In this document: positions 26,757-36,647 of the stretch, piece by piece
Layout of the letters: every line of letters begins with the position of its first letter
Position numbering within the stretch: position 1 is the stretch's first letter
Virus record (IMG/VR): IMGVR_UViG_3300048599_000900
Location: 1-41,798 of that record
DNA: 41,798 bases
Source of the DNA: a virus
Lineage: Duplodnaviria > Caudoviricetes
Direction: 5' to 3' (one strand)
Made by a program: the position numbers and the translations under genes
Notes under the pieces: model-generated
What the model was told of the DNA's origin: nothing
Database searches by the model: none
What the model saw: the letters and a program-made list of their open reading frames with translations, nothing else

Positions 26757-28796
26757 ATGGCGAAGGTCAACGTCCTCAAATCGAACTTCAACGGCGGCGA
26801 GCTGACGCCCCGCCTCGAGGATCGCACCAACCTGCCGAAGGTGCAGAACGGCTGCCGCCGGATGCTGAACTTCCTGGTTCGCCCGCACGGCGGCGCCGCA
26901 CTCCGTCCCGGCCTGCGCTTCATCAACGCGGCCAAGTACAACGACCGCAGGGCGCGTCTGATCGGCTTCCGGTTCTCGACGATCCAGACCTACATGCTCG
27001 AATTCGGGCACCAGTACATCCGCTTCTACAAGGACGGCGGCCGGATCGTGAACGGTGACGGCACGCCCTACGAGATCGTCACCACCTTCGCCGAGGGCGA
27101 CCTGCCCGGCCTTTCGTGGGTGCAGTCGGCGGACGTGATGTACATCGTCCACCAGTCGCACCCGCCGCGCCGCCTCACCCGCACCGGCCACACCTCGTGG
27201 ACGATCACCGATGTGGTGTTCTCCGACGGGCCCTGGCTCGCCCAGAACGACACCGACACCACGCTGACCGCCTCCGGCACCTCCGGCAACATCACCATCA
27301 CGGCGAACTCGGTCACCGGGATCAACGGTGATGCCGGATTCGCGGCGAGCGACGTGGGCCGCATGGTGCGGATCAAGAAGAGCGCGGGCACCGACGCGGA
27401 CGGCGACGGCGACGTGGACTGGGGGTGGGGGACGATCACCGCCGTGAACTCGACGACCAGCGTCGCCGTCACGGTGAAGAGCAACTTCGACGGCGCGGCG
27501 ACCTCCGGCAGCAAGTCGTGGCGGCTCGGCGCGTGGTGGCAGGGGAACTATCCCTGCGCGGTGACCTTCCACCAGGGCCGCCTCTGGTTCTGCGGCACGC
27601 CCAACGATCCGGCGCGGCTGTGGGGGTCGAAGTCGGAGGACTACCACAACTTCGAGCTGGGCGACGAGGACGACGATTCCATCGAGCTTCGCCTCGCCGC
27701 GAACGACGTGCACGCGATCCGGTGGATGATTTCCAACGGGAAGACCCTCGCGGTCGGCACCGACAGCGGCGAGTGGCTGATCGGTTCGGGCGTCACCGAT
27801 CCGACGATCACCCCGAACGCCCTCTCGCCGAGCCTCGAAACCGTCTACGGCTCCGCCCAGAACCTCCCCGTCCGTCGTCTCGGCGGCTCGACCCTGTTCA
27901 TTCACCGGGCGAAGCGGAAGCTGATGGCGCTCAAGTACTTCTTCGAGAGCGACACCTACGACTGCGAGGACCTGACCATCCTCGCGAACCACATCACGAA
28001 GGGTGGTCTGATCGACTGGGCGTGGCAGGAGGAGCCGGATCGCATCCTCTGGTTCGCGCGCGGCGACGGGTTCTTCCCCGGCTTCACCTTCGCGCCGCAG
28101 CACGACGTGGCGGGCTGGCACCGGCATCAGACCGACGGCGCGGTGGAGTCGATCGGCAGCATCCCCGGCGACGGGCCCGACGAGATGTGGTGCCTCGTCA
28201 ATCGCACCGTCCAGAACGAGACCCGCCGCTACATCGAGCGCATGGACCCCTCCGACGAGGATATCGCGCGCGATGACGCCTTCTTCGTCGATTGCGGCCT
28301 CACCTACGACGGGGAGCCGACCACCAAAATTCACGGCCTCGACCACCTGATCGGCAAGAGCGTCGCCATCCTCGCCGACGGCGGGGTTCTCTCCCAACAG
28401 GTGGTCGCGGACGACGGGTCGGTGACCTTGCCTTACGAGGCTTCGAAGGTGCACGTCGGGCTGCCTTATCGTGGGCTCCTGGAGCCCACCGGCATCGACG
28501 CCGGGGCGATGGACGGCTCGGCCCAGGGCAAGATGAAGATGGTCCTCCGGGTCGCGGTGGACGTGCTCAACTCCGGGCGCGGCAAGATCGGGCCTTCGGA
28601 AGACGATCTCGTGGACATGGAGGGCGGACCCGAGCAGACCGCGTTCGACGTGCCGCCGCCGCTCTACACCGGCGAGATGCTGACGCCGTTCCCCGGAAGC
28701 TGGGGGCCGGAAGTCGAGGTGGTGATCGTCGCCGACGATCCGCTTCCCTTCGAGCTGCGCTCGATCGCCATGTACATCAACGTGAACGACGCATGA
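26757..28796 (+). CDS. Tail tubular protein B / nozzle
   Basis: NFNGGELTP, RPG.RF, QSADVMY, YP..V.FHQGRL, GWHRH.TDG, VHVGLPY. Confidence 0.9.
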   Translation: MAKVNVLKSNFNGGELTPRLEDRTNLPKVQNGCRRMLNFLVRPHGGAALRPGLRFINAAKYNDRRARLIGFRFSTIQTYMLEFGHQYIRFYKDGGRIVNGDGTPYEIVTTFAEGDLPGLSWVQSADVMYIVHQSHPPRRLTRTGHTSWTITDVVFSDGPWLAQNDTDTTLTASGTSGNITITANSVTGINGDAGFAASDVGRMVRIKKSAGTDADGDGDVDWGWGTITAVNSTTSVAVTVKSNFDGAATSGSKSWRLGAWWQGNYPCAVTFHQGRLWFCGTPNDPARLWGSKSEDYHNFELGDEDDDSIELRLAANDVHAIRWMISNGKTLAVGTDSGEWLIGSGVTDPTITPNALSPSLETVYGSAQNLPVRRLGGSTLFIHRAKRKLMALKYFFESDTYDCEDLTILANHITKGGLIDWAWQEEPDRILWFARGDGFFPGFTFAPQHDVAGWHRHQTDGAVESIGSIPGDGPDEMWCLVNRTVQNETRRYIERMDPSDEDIARDDAFFVDCGLTYDGEPTTKIHGLDHLIGKSVAILADGGVLSQQVVADDGSVTLPYEASKVHVGLPYRGLLEPTGIDAGAMDGSAQGKMKMVLRVAVDVLNSGRGKIGPSEDDLVDMEGGPEQTAFDVPPPLYTGEMLTPFPGSWGPEVEVVIVADDPLPFELRSIAMYINVNDA

Positions 28797-29242
28797 TGCG
28801 AGTGGTCCCGTTCGAGCCCGAGCACCTGGCGCGCCTGGAGGGCCGCGAGGTGGAGCGACGGCTCTTCACCCTGATCGCCGACCGGGACGCTTACGCCCGC
28901 GCGATGGTGCGCCCCGGCCTCTCGTTCACCGGCCTCGGCGATGACGGCGCGGTGATCGGCTGCGCGGGCGTGATGCCCCTGTGGTCGGGCGTCGGGCAGG
29001 CCTGGGCGCTGCTCTCGGTGCGCGCGCCGGGAGCGTTCAAGGCGGTGCACCGCGCGGTGTGTCTCGGGCTCGATAACGCCTTCTCGTCCGGCGGCTTCCA
29101 CCGGGTGCAAATCAGCGTCGCGGCCGACTTCCCCGGCGCCCGCCGGTGGGCGGAGCACCTCGGCTTCGTCTGCGAGGGGCTGATGCGCGGGTACGGCCCG
29201 CTCAACGACGATCACTTCTTGTTCGCAAAGGTCATCAAATGA
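28793..29242 (+). CDS. GNAT-fold virion assembly protein (T7 gp13-like position)
   Basis: GQAW.L, RW...LGF..EG.MR.YG. Confidence 0.75.
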   Translation: MMRVVPFEPEHLARLEGREVERRLFTLIADRDAYARAMVRPGLSFTGLGDDGAVIGCAGVMPLWSGVGQAWALLSVRAPGAFKAVHRAVCLGLDNAFSSGGFHRVQISVAADFPGARRWAEHLGFVCEGLMRGYGPLNDDHFLFAKVIK

Positions 29243-29844
29243 CGGGAATCGAACTCGTAAGCGCCGCTTCCATGAGCAGCCTGTTCGGCACCGCCGGGGC
29301 GGCTGCGGGCACGGCAGGCTACGTCGGCGCGCTCACCCTCGGCGACGTGATGATGGGGGCGGGCGCCCTTCTCGGAACCACCAGTGCCCTTTCCAGCTCC
29401 CGGCAGATGGCGGCGTCCTCGAAGTACAACGCCGCCCTCGCGGAGACCCAGGCGCAGTATGCCCAGCAGCAGGCCCAGGCCGACGCCAACGCGCAGAAGG
29501 AGAAGGACCGGAAGCTGATGGCGGCGCAGCGGGCGCGGATGGCGGCCGGCGGCCTCGACATGACCTCAGGTTCTCCCCTCGTGGTGCTGGAAAACACCGC
29601 CTCCGAGGCGGATGCGGACTACCGGAACATCCTGGCGAACGGCCAGATGCAGGCGAACTACTACCGATCCCAGGGGGCTCTCGACTCCCTGCAGGGCAGC
29701 TCGGCCCTCACCTCGGGCTGGCTCACCGCCGGTTCGACGGCCCTCAGCGGCACCACCGCCCTCGGGAGCGCGAGGTCGAACCGTGAATTCCGTCTGGCGA
29801 CGGCCAACGCCTACATGGGCAACTCCGGGGCAGGCTTTCCATGA
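29239..29844 (+). CDS. Internal virion (ejection) protein, gp14-like
   Basis: Gly/Ala-rich hydrophobic N-terminus; QRA.MAAGG.D..SGSPL. Confidence 0.8.
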   Translation: MTGIELVSAASMSSLFGTAGAAAGTAGYVGALTLGDVMMGAGALLGTTSALSSSRQMAASSKYNAALAETQAQYAQQQAQADANAQKEKDRKLMAAQRARMAAGGLDMTSGSPLVVLENTASEADADYRNILANGQMQANYYRSQGALDSLQGSSALTSGWLTAGSTALSGTTALGSARSNREFRLATANAYMGNSGAGFP

Positions 29845-31424
29845 CCGCAATCCCTGAACGCTCTTCCCGCGTGCCGCTTCTCGACGCGCGCTTCCTCGGC
29901 GCTCGCATGCAGCCGTCTCCCGGTACCTCCGGGACGGTCGCCCGCGCAGCCATGAACTTCGTCGGCAACATCGCCGAGATCGACGAGCGGAACGCCCGCT
30001 TCGACGCGGCGATCACCCACGCCAAGCGCGCGGTGGACATGGCCAACTATGGCTCCCAGGCCTACGTGATGCTCGCCGACCAGGCCGACAAGATCGGCAA
30101 CGACGGGGACTGGAAGGGTGCCGAGGCGAAGTACAAGCAGGCGACCGAGGACATCAAGGCGCAGTTCAAGGACCAGATTTCCGACCCGACCACCTATCAG
30201 CTCTGGGAGGCGCAGTTCAACCGGACCGCCGCCGTGAAGGGCATCGACGTGCGGTCGGCGGCGCGGAAGAAGGCGATCGACCACGGTGTCGCCTCGCTCG
30301 ACAACACCCTGTTCAACTACCAGCAGCTCCTCGGCCGCGCGCGATCGCCGGAAGAGGCGAAGATCATCAACGACAGCGCCATCGACGCGATCGCGGGCGC
30401 GGTGGGGACCGGCCTCATCACCGAGACCTCGGGCGGCGAGCGGGCGCGGAAGTTCATCACCACCGGCCAGGAGAACATGGCCAAGACGACCTTTCAGGAT
30501 TGGATTTCCCGAAACCAGAACTACGCGCAGGCCTACGTGTCGCTCGAAAAGGGGCAGTTCGGAGACCCTCACCTCTCGGCGATGTGGAACAGCCTCGATC
30601 CCGAGCAGCGCCTCAAGCTCAAGAAGGAGGCGCTCGAAATGGCGAACGCGCAGCACGCCCTGTCGTCGCGCGCGCGGGAGGACCGGGAGCGCACGCTCCG
30701 CACCGATGCCGAGGCGACGGAGAAGATGATCCTCGCCGAGTCCGATCCCGCCAAGCGCGACGCGCTGCTCTGGAAGTACTACGGGAACCCGATGGGGACC
30801 GGCGAACGGTACGGGCAACTGCGCGAGTGGTCGGAATCGGTGGGCGCCGGGCCGGTCGCCGACGACCCGGCGACGCGGGAGACCCGACGGCGCGCGATCC
30901 TCAACAACCAGCTCACCGACCCCGCGCTCCTGGCGCAGGACCTCAAGGACGGGAAGATCACCTTCAAGACCCTGGGCGAATTTCAAAAGCTGATCGAGGT
31001 TCAGCAGAACCAGGCGTTCGGTCGGGCGAAGGACATCCTCCGCAACGGCCTCGGCGTGCCCGAGGGGATGATGATCACCGACATCTCCAAGAACAAGCAG
31101 GCGCAGGTTCTCGCCGACGCGATGGTCGAGTTCGAGACGACGATGGCGAAGAGCCCCGACGTGAACCCGGTGGATACCGCCCTCGGTCTCGTCGAGAAGT
31201 TCAAGAAGCAGGCGCAGGCGGGAAGCGAGGTCGAGAAGTCCGGCGCTCTCTCCGGTCTGATGAGCCTCAAGTACCAGTCGGTGGAAACCCTGATGGCCGA
31301 CCTCGCCAGGGGCAAGGTCAGCAAGGCCGAGGCCGCCTCGCTGATCCCCCAGATCACCAGCCTCAGGCAGGCCGCAGGGATGCCGACCGAAGACATCAGC
31401 GCACTCGGGGGACAGCTTAAATGA
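29841..31424 (+). CDS. Internal virion (ejection) protein, gp15-like
   Basis: Helical 527-aa protein at the expected position. Confidence 0.7.
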   Translation: MTAIPERSSRVPLLDARFLGARMQPSPGTSGTVARAAMNFVGNIAEIDERNARFDAAITHAKRAVDMANYGSQAYVMLADQADKIGNDGDWKGAEAKYKQATEDIKAQFKDQISDPTTYQLWEAQFNRTAAVKGIDVRSAARKKAIDHGVASLDNTLFNYQQLLGRARSPEEAKIINDSAIDAIAGAVGTGLITETSGGERARKFITTGQENMAKTTFQDWISRNQNYAQAYVSLEKGQFGDPHLSAMWNSLDPEQRLKLKKEALEMANAQHALSSRAREDRERTLRTDAEATEKMILAESDPAKRDALLWKYYGNPMGTGERYGQLREWSESVGAGPVADDPATRETRRRAILNNQLTDPALLAQDLKDGKITFKTLGEFQKLIEVQQNQAFGRAKDILRNGLGVPEGMMITDISKNKQAQVLADAMVEFETTMAKSPDVNPVDTALGLVEKFKKQAQAGSEVEKSGALSGLMSLKYQSVETLMADLARGKVSKAEAASLIPQITSLRQAAGMPTEDISALGGQLK

Positions 31425-34400
31425 CCGGCTTCGACAACGACCAGGACTACCTGGAGTCGCGCTCCGAAACCTACCTGCGCAACCTCCCCGGCGGCGCCGA
31501 GGCGCTCGACGACCGCTTGCGCGCCGAGGTCGGGGTGCGCCGGGAAATCCGCTCGGATAATGGGCAGCAGTTCGAGGTGGAAGTCCACCCGGACGGTTCG
31601 GAATGGTTGCTCGGCCGCGTCGGCCAGAGCGGCGGTACCGGGATGATGATCAAGGGGCCGCAGGCACCACAGGGGCAGCAGCAGGGCTCCGGGGCGTCGG
31701 TCGCCGCGACCGGAACCGGCAACGCGCAGGAGGGCGCGCCCCAGGAGCCACGAAAGGACGGCTTCACCGAAGCGTTGAAGGATGCCGCGAAGGAGGCCGG
31801 TCGCGGGGTGATGAGCGGCCTCGACCAGGGCAGCCTCGAACTCCTTAAAACCCTGCGCCTCGACGACTTCGCAAACTGGTTCGATTCCCAGGTCGAGGCG
31901 GCCACTGGCTTCAAGGGCATCCCCTACGATCCGCCGGAGAGCACCGGAGGCCAGATGGTCGCGGGCGTGGTGCAGGCGGTGCCGACGATGATCCCGGCGG
32001 CGCGGGCCCTCGGCGGTCTCCAGAAGCTCGGCACCCTCGGCCGTCTGCTCTACGGCGTCGGCGTCGGCGCGACGGCGGATTTCGCCGGGTATTCACCGGA
32101 CGATCCCGGCTTCGGCGAACTCGCCAAGGAAATCGGCAAGATGGACGAACCGGCCCTGGAGGCGGTGCGTTCGGCGATCGAGGAGACCCTCGCGAAGAAC
32201 GAGGATGACGGTGAACTGGTGAAGCGCCTGAAGAACGTCGGCGGCGGTGCCCTCGCGGGTGGCGTCATCGAAGGAGCGCGCGGCCTGTTCAAGCTGGCGA
32301 AGCATGCCGATCCGGCGTTTCTGCGCAGGCTCGCGGCGACCGGCGCCGTCGGCGTGGCGATGAGCCCCGACGAGGCGGACGCCTCGGGCAAGACCGAGAT
32401 GATGAAGCGGCTTCTGTCCGGGCTCTCGCGCACCGCCGCCGACATGAAGTTCCCGGTGCGTCAGAAGCTCCGCGACCTCTACGACCAGAGCCTGAAGGTG
32501 CGGGATCGCAAACTTCCGCCGGTTTCCCTCGGCACCGTCGGCGACGAGGAGGCGGCGGCGATCAAGGCCGAGACCGGACTCGACGTTGCAGGCTTCGAGC
32601 GCGTGGTGGACAACTACGGCATCCGCCACACCGACAAGCAGCACGGTCGGGCGAGCACCGAGACGCCGCGCGGCCAACTGCCGATTACCCGCGACGATAT
32701 TGCCGACATTCCGCTGATCGTCGCCGAGCCCGACAAGATCGCCTACGGCGGAAAGGATGGGATCGGGCGCGACATCATCGTCTACAGCAAGACGCTGGGA
32801 GACGAGGAAGAGCGCCTGACGTTCTATGCCGAGGAGGTGAGGGGCGGGAAGAAGCAGCTCGTGCTGCAATCGATGTGGAAGCGGAAAACCGACGAGCAGC
32901 ATGGCGCCGACGGTGCGGCTCTTGCCCCTTCTCCAACGTCCGAAACGCTTCGGTCCGCCGCTTCCTCCGACAATATGGCATCGGCGGGCCCGGATTCCAA
33001 GGACATCCTCTCGGCGGCCACCGGCGTGGCGGTCGGGACCGGAGGCGACGACGCCGAGGCCCGGCAGCCGGAGCAGCAGCAGGGACGGGTGATGACGATC
33101 GAGGATCTGCACGCTCGGCAGGAGGCCACCGGCGAGGTGCAGGTGGCGGGCCCGTGGAGAGCGGGCCTGCGCAAGGCGGTGTCGATCGCCGCCCGCGACG
33201 CGGAACGCCCCCTGGTCGAGCGCGCCGGCGGCTTCGTCAAGCTCCGTCCGCCCGCCTCGGCCGAGGAAGCGGGGTTCCTGCAGCATCTCGGCGTTCCGCC
33301 CGCCACCGGCGTGGACTTCAACTTCGCCCACATCACCAGCTCCGACGACCTCAAGGCGGCGATCGACGCCGCGTCGCAGGTGTTCGCCAAGGACATCGAC
33401 GCGGCCAAGCGCGGAGTGATGAAGCACGAGGCGACCAAGGACATCGCCGACCAGCTCGACGTGTCGGAGAAGGTCCTCAATCGTGGTGTCGGCGAACTCT
33501 GGAACGCCGAGCAGATGGTGGCGGCCCGTCAGATGCTGGTGACCTCCGCCCAGCAGCTCGACGAACTGGCGCAGCACGTTCGGGCCGGGACGATCGCGCC
33601 CGGCACCGCCAGCATGGATGAAACCGCGCTCGCCTTCCGCCGCCAGCTCGCCTTCCACGCCGCCGTGCAGGCTCAGGTGAAGGGGGCGCAAACCGAGATC
33701 GCCCGCGCGCTCTCGTCGTTCCGCATCGACGTGGGCGACGACGCGCTCAAGGGCCAGCGAATCCAGGAGATGCTGGCGCAGTCGGGCGGCATGGACGACG
33801 CCCGCCGCATGGCCGAGGACTATCTGGCCATCAACTCCCGCGCCGGGCGGAACAAGTTCGCCTCGGGGAGCTGGGCGACGAAGGCGAAAAACGCCTATTT
33901 CGAGGTGTGGATCAACGGCCTCCTCTCGAACCCCAAAACCCACATCGTCAACATCGCGGGCAACGCGGTGTACGGCGCGTGGCAGGTTCCGGAGCGCGCC
34001 CTCGCGGGTCTCTTCGGCATGGCGCGCACCGCAGTCACCGGCTCCGAGGACCGCGTGTTCGTGGGCGAGGCGATGGCACAGATTTACGGCTCCCTCGAAG
34101 GCTTCGGAGACGGCCTCCGGATGGCGGCCAAGGCATTCCGCAACGAGGAGCCGCTCGACCCGATCGGCAAGATCGAGGCGCGAACCCGCCGGGCGATCAG
34201 CGCCGACAACCTGCAAGTGGCCGGGCCGATGGGCAAGGGCGTCGATTATCTCGGCGCGGCGATCCGCATGCCGGGGCGGTTCCTGATGGCGGAGGACGAG
34301 TTCTTCAAGTCGGTGGGCTACCGCATGGAACTGCATTCTCTCGCCTACCGCCGGATGAAGCAGGCCCTGGAGAGCGGTGCCAGCGAGCAGGATGCGGCCA

Positions 34401-35662
34401 ACGTGCTCGCCGACACCCTGCGCAACCCGCCGACCGAACTCAAGGCCGCCGCCGAGGACGCCGCCCGCTACATGACCTTCACCAAGGATCTGGAAAGCGA
34501 CGCGATGCGCCACGTTCAGGGCCTCGCCCACACCCCGGTGGGGCGGGTGATCCTGCCGTTCGTGCGGACTCCGGCGAACATCATGAAGGCAGCCTACGAA
34601 CGCTCGCCGCTCTACATGGCCTCGCCCCAGCTCTGGAAGGATATCTCCGCCGGGGGCGCCCGCGCCGACGTGGCGATGGCGCGCGTCGCCCTCGGCAGCA
34701 CCATGGTGGCCTGGGCCGCGAACCTGACGATGGAAGGGAGCGTCACCGGCGGCGGTCCCGCCGATCCGGCGGAACGGGAGATGTGGCTGAAGAGCCACCA
34801 GCCCTACAGCGTGAAGATCGGCGACCAGTGGTACAGCTACGGCCGGATCGAGCCGCTCGCGCTGCTGTTCGGCTATACCGCGAACGTCGTCGAAACCTTC
34901 AAGTACGACGTGGACGACAAGACCAAGGATAAGGCTGCCCTGCTGCTGGTGACGAAGGTCGCCGACACCCTGAAGGACAAGTCGTGGCTCCAGGGGGTCG
35001 CCGACGTGTCGGAGGCGATGGCCGAGCCTGACCGCTTCCTCTCGGTCTACATGGCGCGGCAGGCGGGTTCCCTCGGGCAGCCGGTATACGGCTCCCTGGT
35101 GCGGGGCCTCGTGCGCGCCGACGATCCGACCATTCGCGACAGCCGCCCGGACCCCGGCGAGGACTGGGCTCTTCAGCAACTCGACCTGATGGTGAACGGC
35201 ATCAAGTCGGCGGTCGGCGCGAACGGCGACATGCCGCCGGTGCTCGACATCTTCGGCAATCCGAAGAAGAGCCAGACCGACGACTGGTGGGAAATCATCT
35301 CGCCGATCGAGGCCACCAGCGCGAAAGGCGATCCGGTGGCCGAGGAGCTGGTGCGTCTCGGCATGCCGATCGCGAAGCCCGATCGCAAGATCGGCGCGGT
35401 CGATCTTTCCCCCCGCCAGTACCACGACTTCGTGGAGCTGTCGGGCAAGGGCGTGAAGATCGAGGGACACGACTTCCACCAGGCGCTCGCGGTGCTGTTC
35501 GCCTCGCCTGAGTACCTGGGGGCGTTCCCGGCGGTGAAGCGGCGGATGGTCAAGGCGATCTACGACGGGTATAAGGATGTGGCGAGGGCCGAACTGTCGC
35601 GCCGCTATCCCGACATCGCCCCGAAGCTGATGGTGGACCAGCTCATGAGGAACATCCGGTGA
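31421..35662 (+). CDS. Large internal virion protein (gp16-like) with PBECR-type nuclease domain
   Basis: 1413 aa; IRH..K.HG...E..RGQLPIT..D...IP...EE.R.GKK.L...SMW domain; C-terminal LLSNP.TH..N, D.FFK, PFVRTP.N conserved region. Confidence 0.8.
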   Translation: MTGFDNDQDYLESRSETYLRNLPGGAEALDDRLRAEVGVRREIRSDNGQQFEVEVHPDGSEWLLGRVGQSGGTGMMIKGPQAPQGQQQGSGASVAATGTGNAQEGAPQEPRKDGFTEALKDAAKEAGRGVMSGLDQGSLELLKTLRLDDFANWFDSQVEAATGFKGIPYDPPESTGGQMVAGVVQAVPTMIPAARALGGLQKLGTLGRLLYGVGVGATADFAGYSPDDPGFGELAKEIGKMDEPALEAVRSAIEETLAKNEDDGELVKRLKNVGGGALAGGVIEGARGLFKLAKHADPAFLRRLAATGAVGVAMSPDEADASGKTEMMKRLLSGLSRTAADMKFPVRQKLRDLYDQSLKVRDRKLPPVSLGTVGDEEAAAIKAETGLDVAGFERVVDNYGIRHTDKQHGRASTETPRGQLPITRDDIADIPLIVAEPDKIAYGGKDGIGRDIIVYSKTLGDEEERLTFYAEEVRGGKKQLVLQSMWKRKTDEQHGADGAALAPSPTSETLRSAASSDNMASAGPDSKDILSAATGVAVGTGGDDAEARQPEQQQGRVMTIEDLHARQEATGEVQVAGPWRAGLRKAVSIAARDAERPLVERAGGFVKLRPPASAEEAGFLQHLGVPPATGVDFNFAHITSSDDLKAAIDAASQVFAKDIDAAKRGVMKHEATKDIADQLDVSEKVLNRGVGELWNAEQMVAARQMLVTSAQQLDELAQHVRAGTIAPGTASMDETALAFRRQLAFHAAVQAQVKGAQTEIARALSSFRIDVGDDALKGQRIQEMLAQSGGMDDARRMAEDYLAINSRAGRNKFASGSWATKAKNAYFEVWINGLLSNPKTHIVNIAGNAVYGAWQVPERALAGLFGMARTAVTGSEDRVFVGEAMAQIYGSLEGFGDGLRMAAKAFRNEEPLDPIGKIEARTRRAISADNLQVAGPMGKGVDYLGAAIRMPGRFLMAEDEFFKSVGYRMELHSLAYRRMKQALESGASEQDAANVLADTLRNPPTELKAAAEDAARYMTFTKDLESDAMRHVQGLAHTPVGRVILPFVRTPANIMKAAYERSPLYMASPQLWKDISAGGARADVAMARVALGSTMVAWAANLTMEGSVTGGGPADPAEREMWLKSHQPYSVKIGDQWYSYGRIEPLALLFGYTANVVETFKYDVDDKTKDKAALLLVTKVADTLKDKSWLQGVADVSEAMAEPDRFLSVYMARQAGSLGQPVYGSLVRGLVRADDPTIRDSRPDPGEDWALQQLDLMVNGIKSAVGANGDMPPVLDIFGNPKKSQTDDWWEIISPIEATSAKGDPVAEELVRLGMPIAKPDRKIGAVDLSPRQYHDFVELSGKGVKIEGHDFHQALAVLFASPEYLGAFPAVKRRMVKAIYDGYKDVARAELSRRYPDIAPKLMVDQLMRNIR

Positions 35663-35952
35663 CGTGGTGGGTCCTGCTCGACGCCGCAGCCTATACCCTG
35701 GTGATCGCGGGTGCGCTCGCCGCCGCCGCGCTCGCCATGGGTCTGCTGGGCTGGTCCGTCCTCGTCCTCTGCAACCTGCTTCTGCCCGCGCGCCATCCCC
35801 TCAAGGCGGATTGGCCGTGGCTGCTCGCGCTGCCGTGGATCGGCGTTCTCAAGCCGGTGCTGCGGTTCATGGGCGAGATCGTCGCGGGGCTGGTCGAGGC
35901 GAAGCGTCGCCTCCTCCGGGAGTTGTTGGGGGCGGCTGGGCGCTTCCTCTAA
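35659..35952 (+). CDS. Hypothetical membrane protein
   Basis: Very hydrophobic; GTGA overlap. Confidence 0.6.
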   Translation: MTWWVLLDAAAYTLVIAGALAAAALAMGLLGWSVLVLCNLLLPARHPLKADWPWLLALPWIGVLKPVLRFMGEIVAGLVEAKRRLLRELLGAAGRFL

Positions 35953-36296
35953 TCGCAGAGTCCGGAGCCCTTCATCGCCGGGTGCAGCAAAGCGGCAATC
36001 CCGGAGAGGGAAGCGATCACCATCATCGCAACTACGACACTGCCGATCTTCCTGTAGATCGAGGTCCGGCGAAACTTTCGAGATGGGGCGGATAGTTCGA
36101 TAGCTAGACGATGCTCGGCGATGTACGTGAGGGCGAGAATGAGCGCAACCTGCTCCTTCGATGTCAGCCCGTTTCCGGCGAGAAAGTCGCCGATCCCGGT
36201 TCCGCTGAAGAACAGGATGCAAACCATCGTCGCGCCGATGAAGGCGCCGCCGACGCGGCCCCGGCGTTCGATTCGCTCTTCGGCGTCGTCGAGCAT
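35949..36296 (-). CDS. Antisense membrane protein (moron)
   Basis: RBS GGAGG; two to three hydrophobic segments. Confidence 0.6.
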   Translation of the reverse strand: MLDDAEERIERRGRVGGAFIGATMVCILFFSGTGIGDFLAGNGLTSKEQVALILALTYIAEHRLAIELSAPSRKFRRTSIYRKIGSVVVAMMVIASLSGIAALLHPAMKGSGLCD

Positions 36297-36449
36297 GTTG
36301 TCCTCCGCATCGGCCGGTGGCCGGCGGGGGCGCGGGGCGCTTGCAACACCCCGAACCGCGAGGGCTGGCCTCGCACGACCTAACACGGCCAATGTCGGGC
36401 CGTCCCGCCACCCGTGCACCGGGCGGGTCAGTCGTAAACCAAGAGAGCC

Positions 36450-36647
36450 ATGGAGTCTATTCGATGCGGTAGGTGCTCGCGCCTGTTGGCGAAGGCCTCG
36501 GGCGGAGCTATGACACTGGAAATCAAGTGTCCGCGCTGCGGAACCTTGAACTCCCGCGTGGTGCGGGCCGAGAGCCCCGAACCCGAGCGCCCCAGAGCGT
36601 CGTCCAAGGATGACGCCCATGGCGGCCGAAACCTCGAAACCTGTTGA
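36450..36647 (+). CDS. com: Mu Com-like zinc-ribbon translational regulator
   Basis: IRCGRCSRLLA...LEIKCPRCGTLN. Confidence 0.9.
   Translation: MESIRCGRCSRLLAKASGGAMTLEIKCPRCGTLNSRVVRAESPEPERPRASSKDDAHGGRNLETC

Noticed and set aside
32093-35479. Very long antisense ORFs (also 5049-7652, 19347-21323, 21010-23223, 26619-28454)
   Set aside because: Shadow frames of high-GC3 genes; no motifs, and they lie opposite clear genes.
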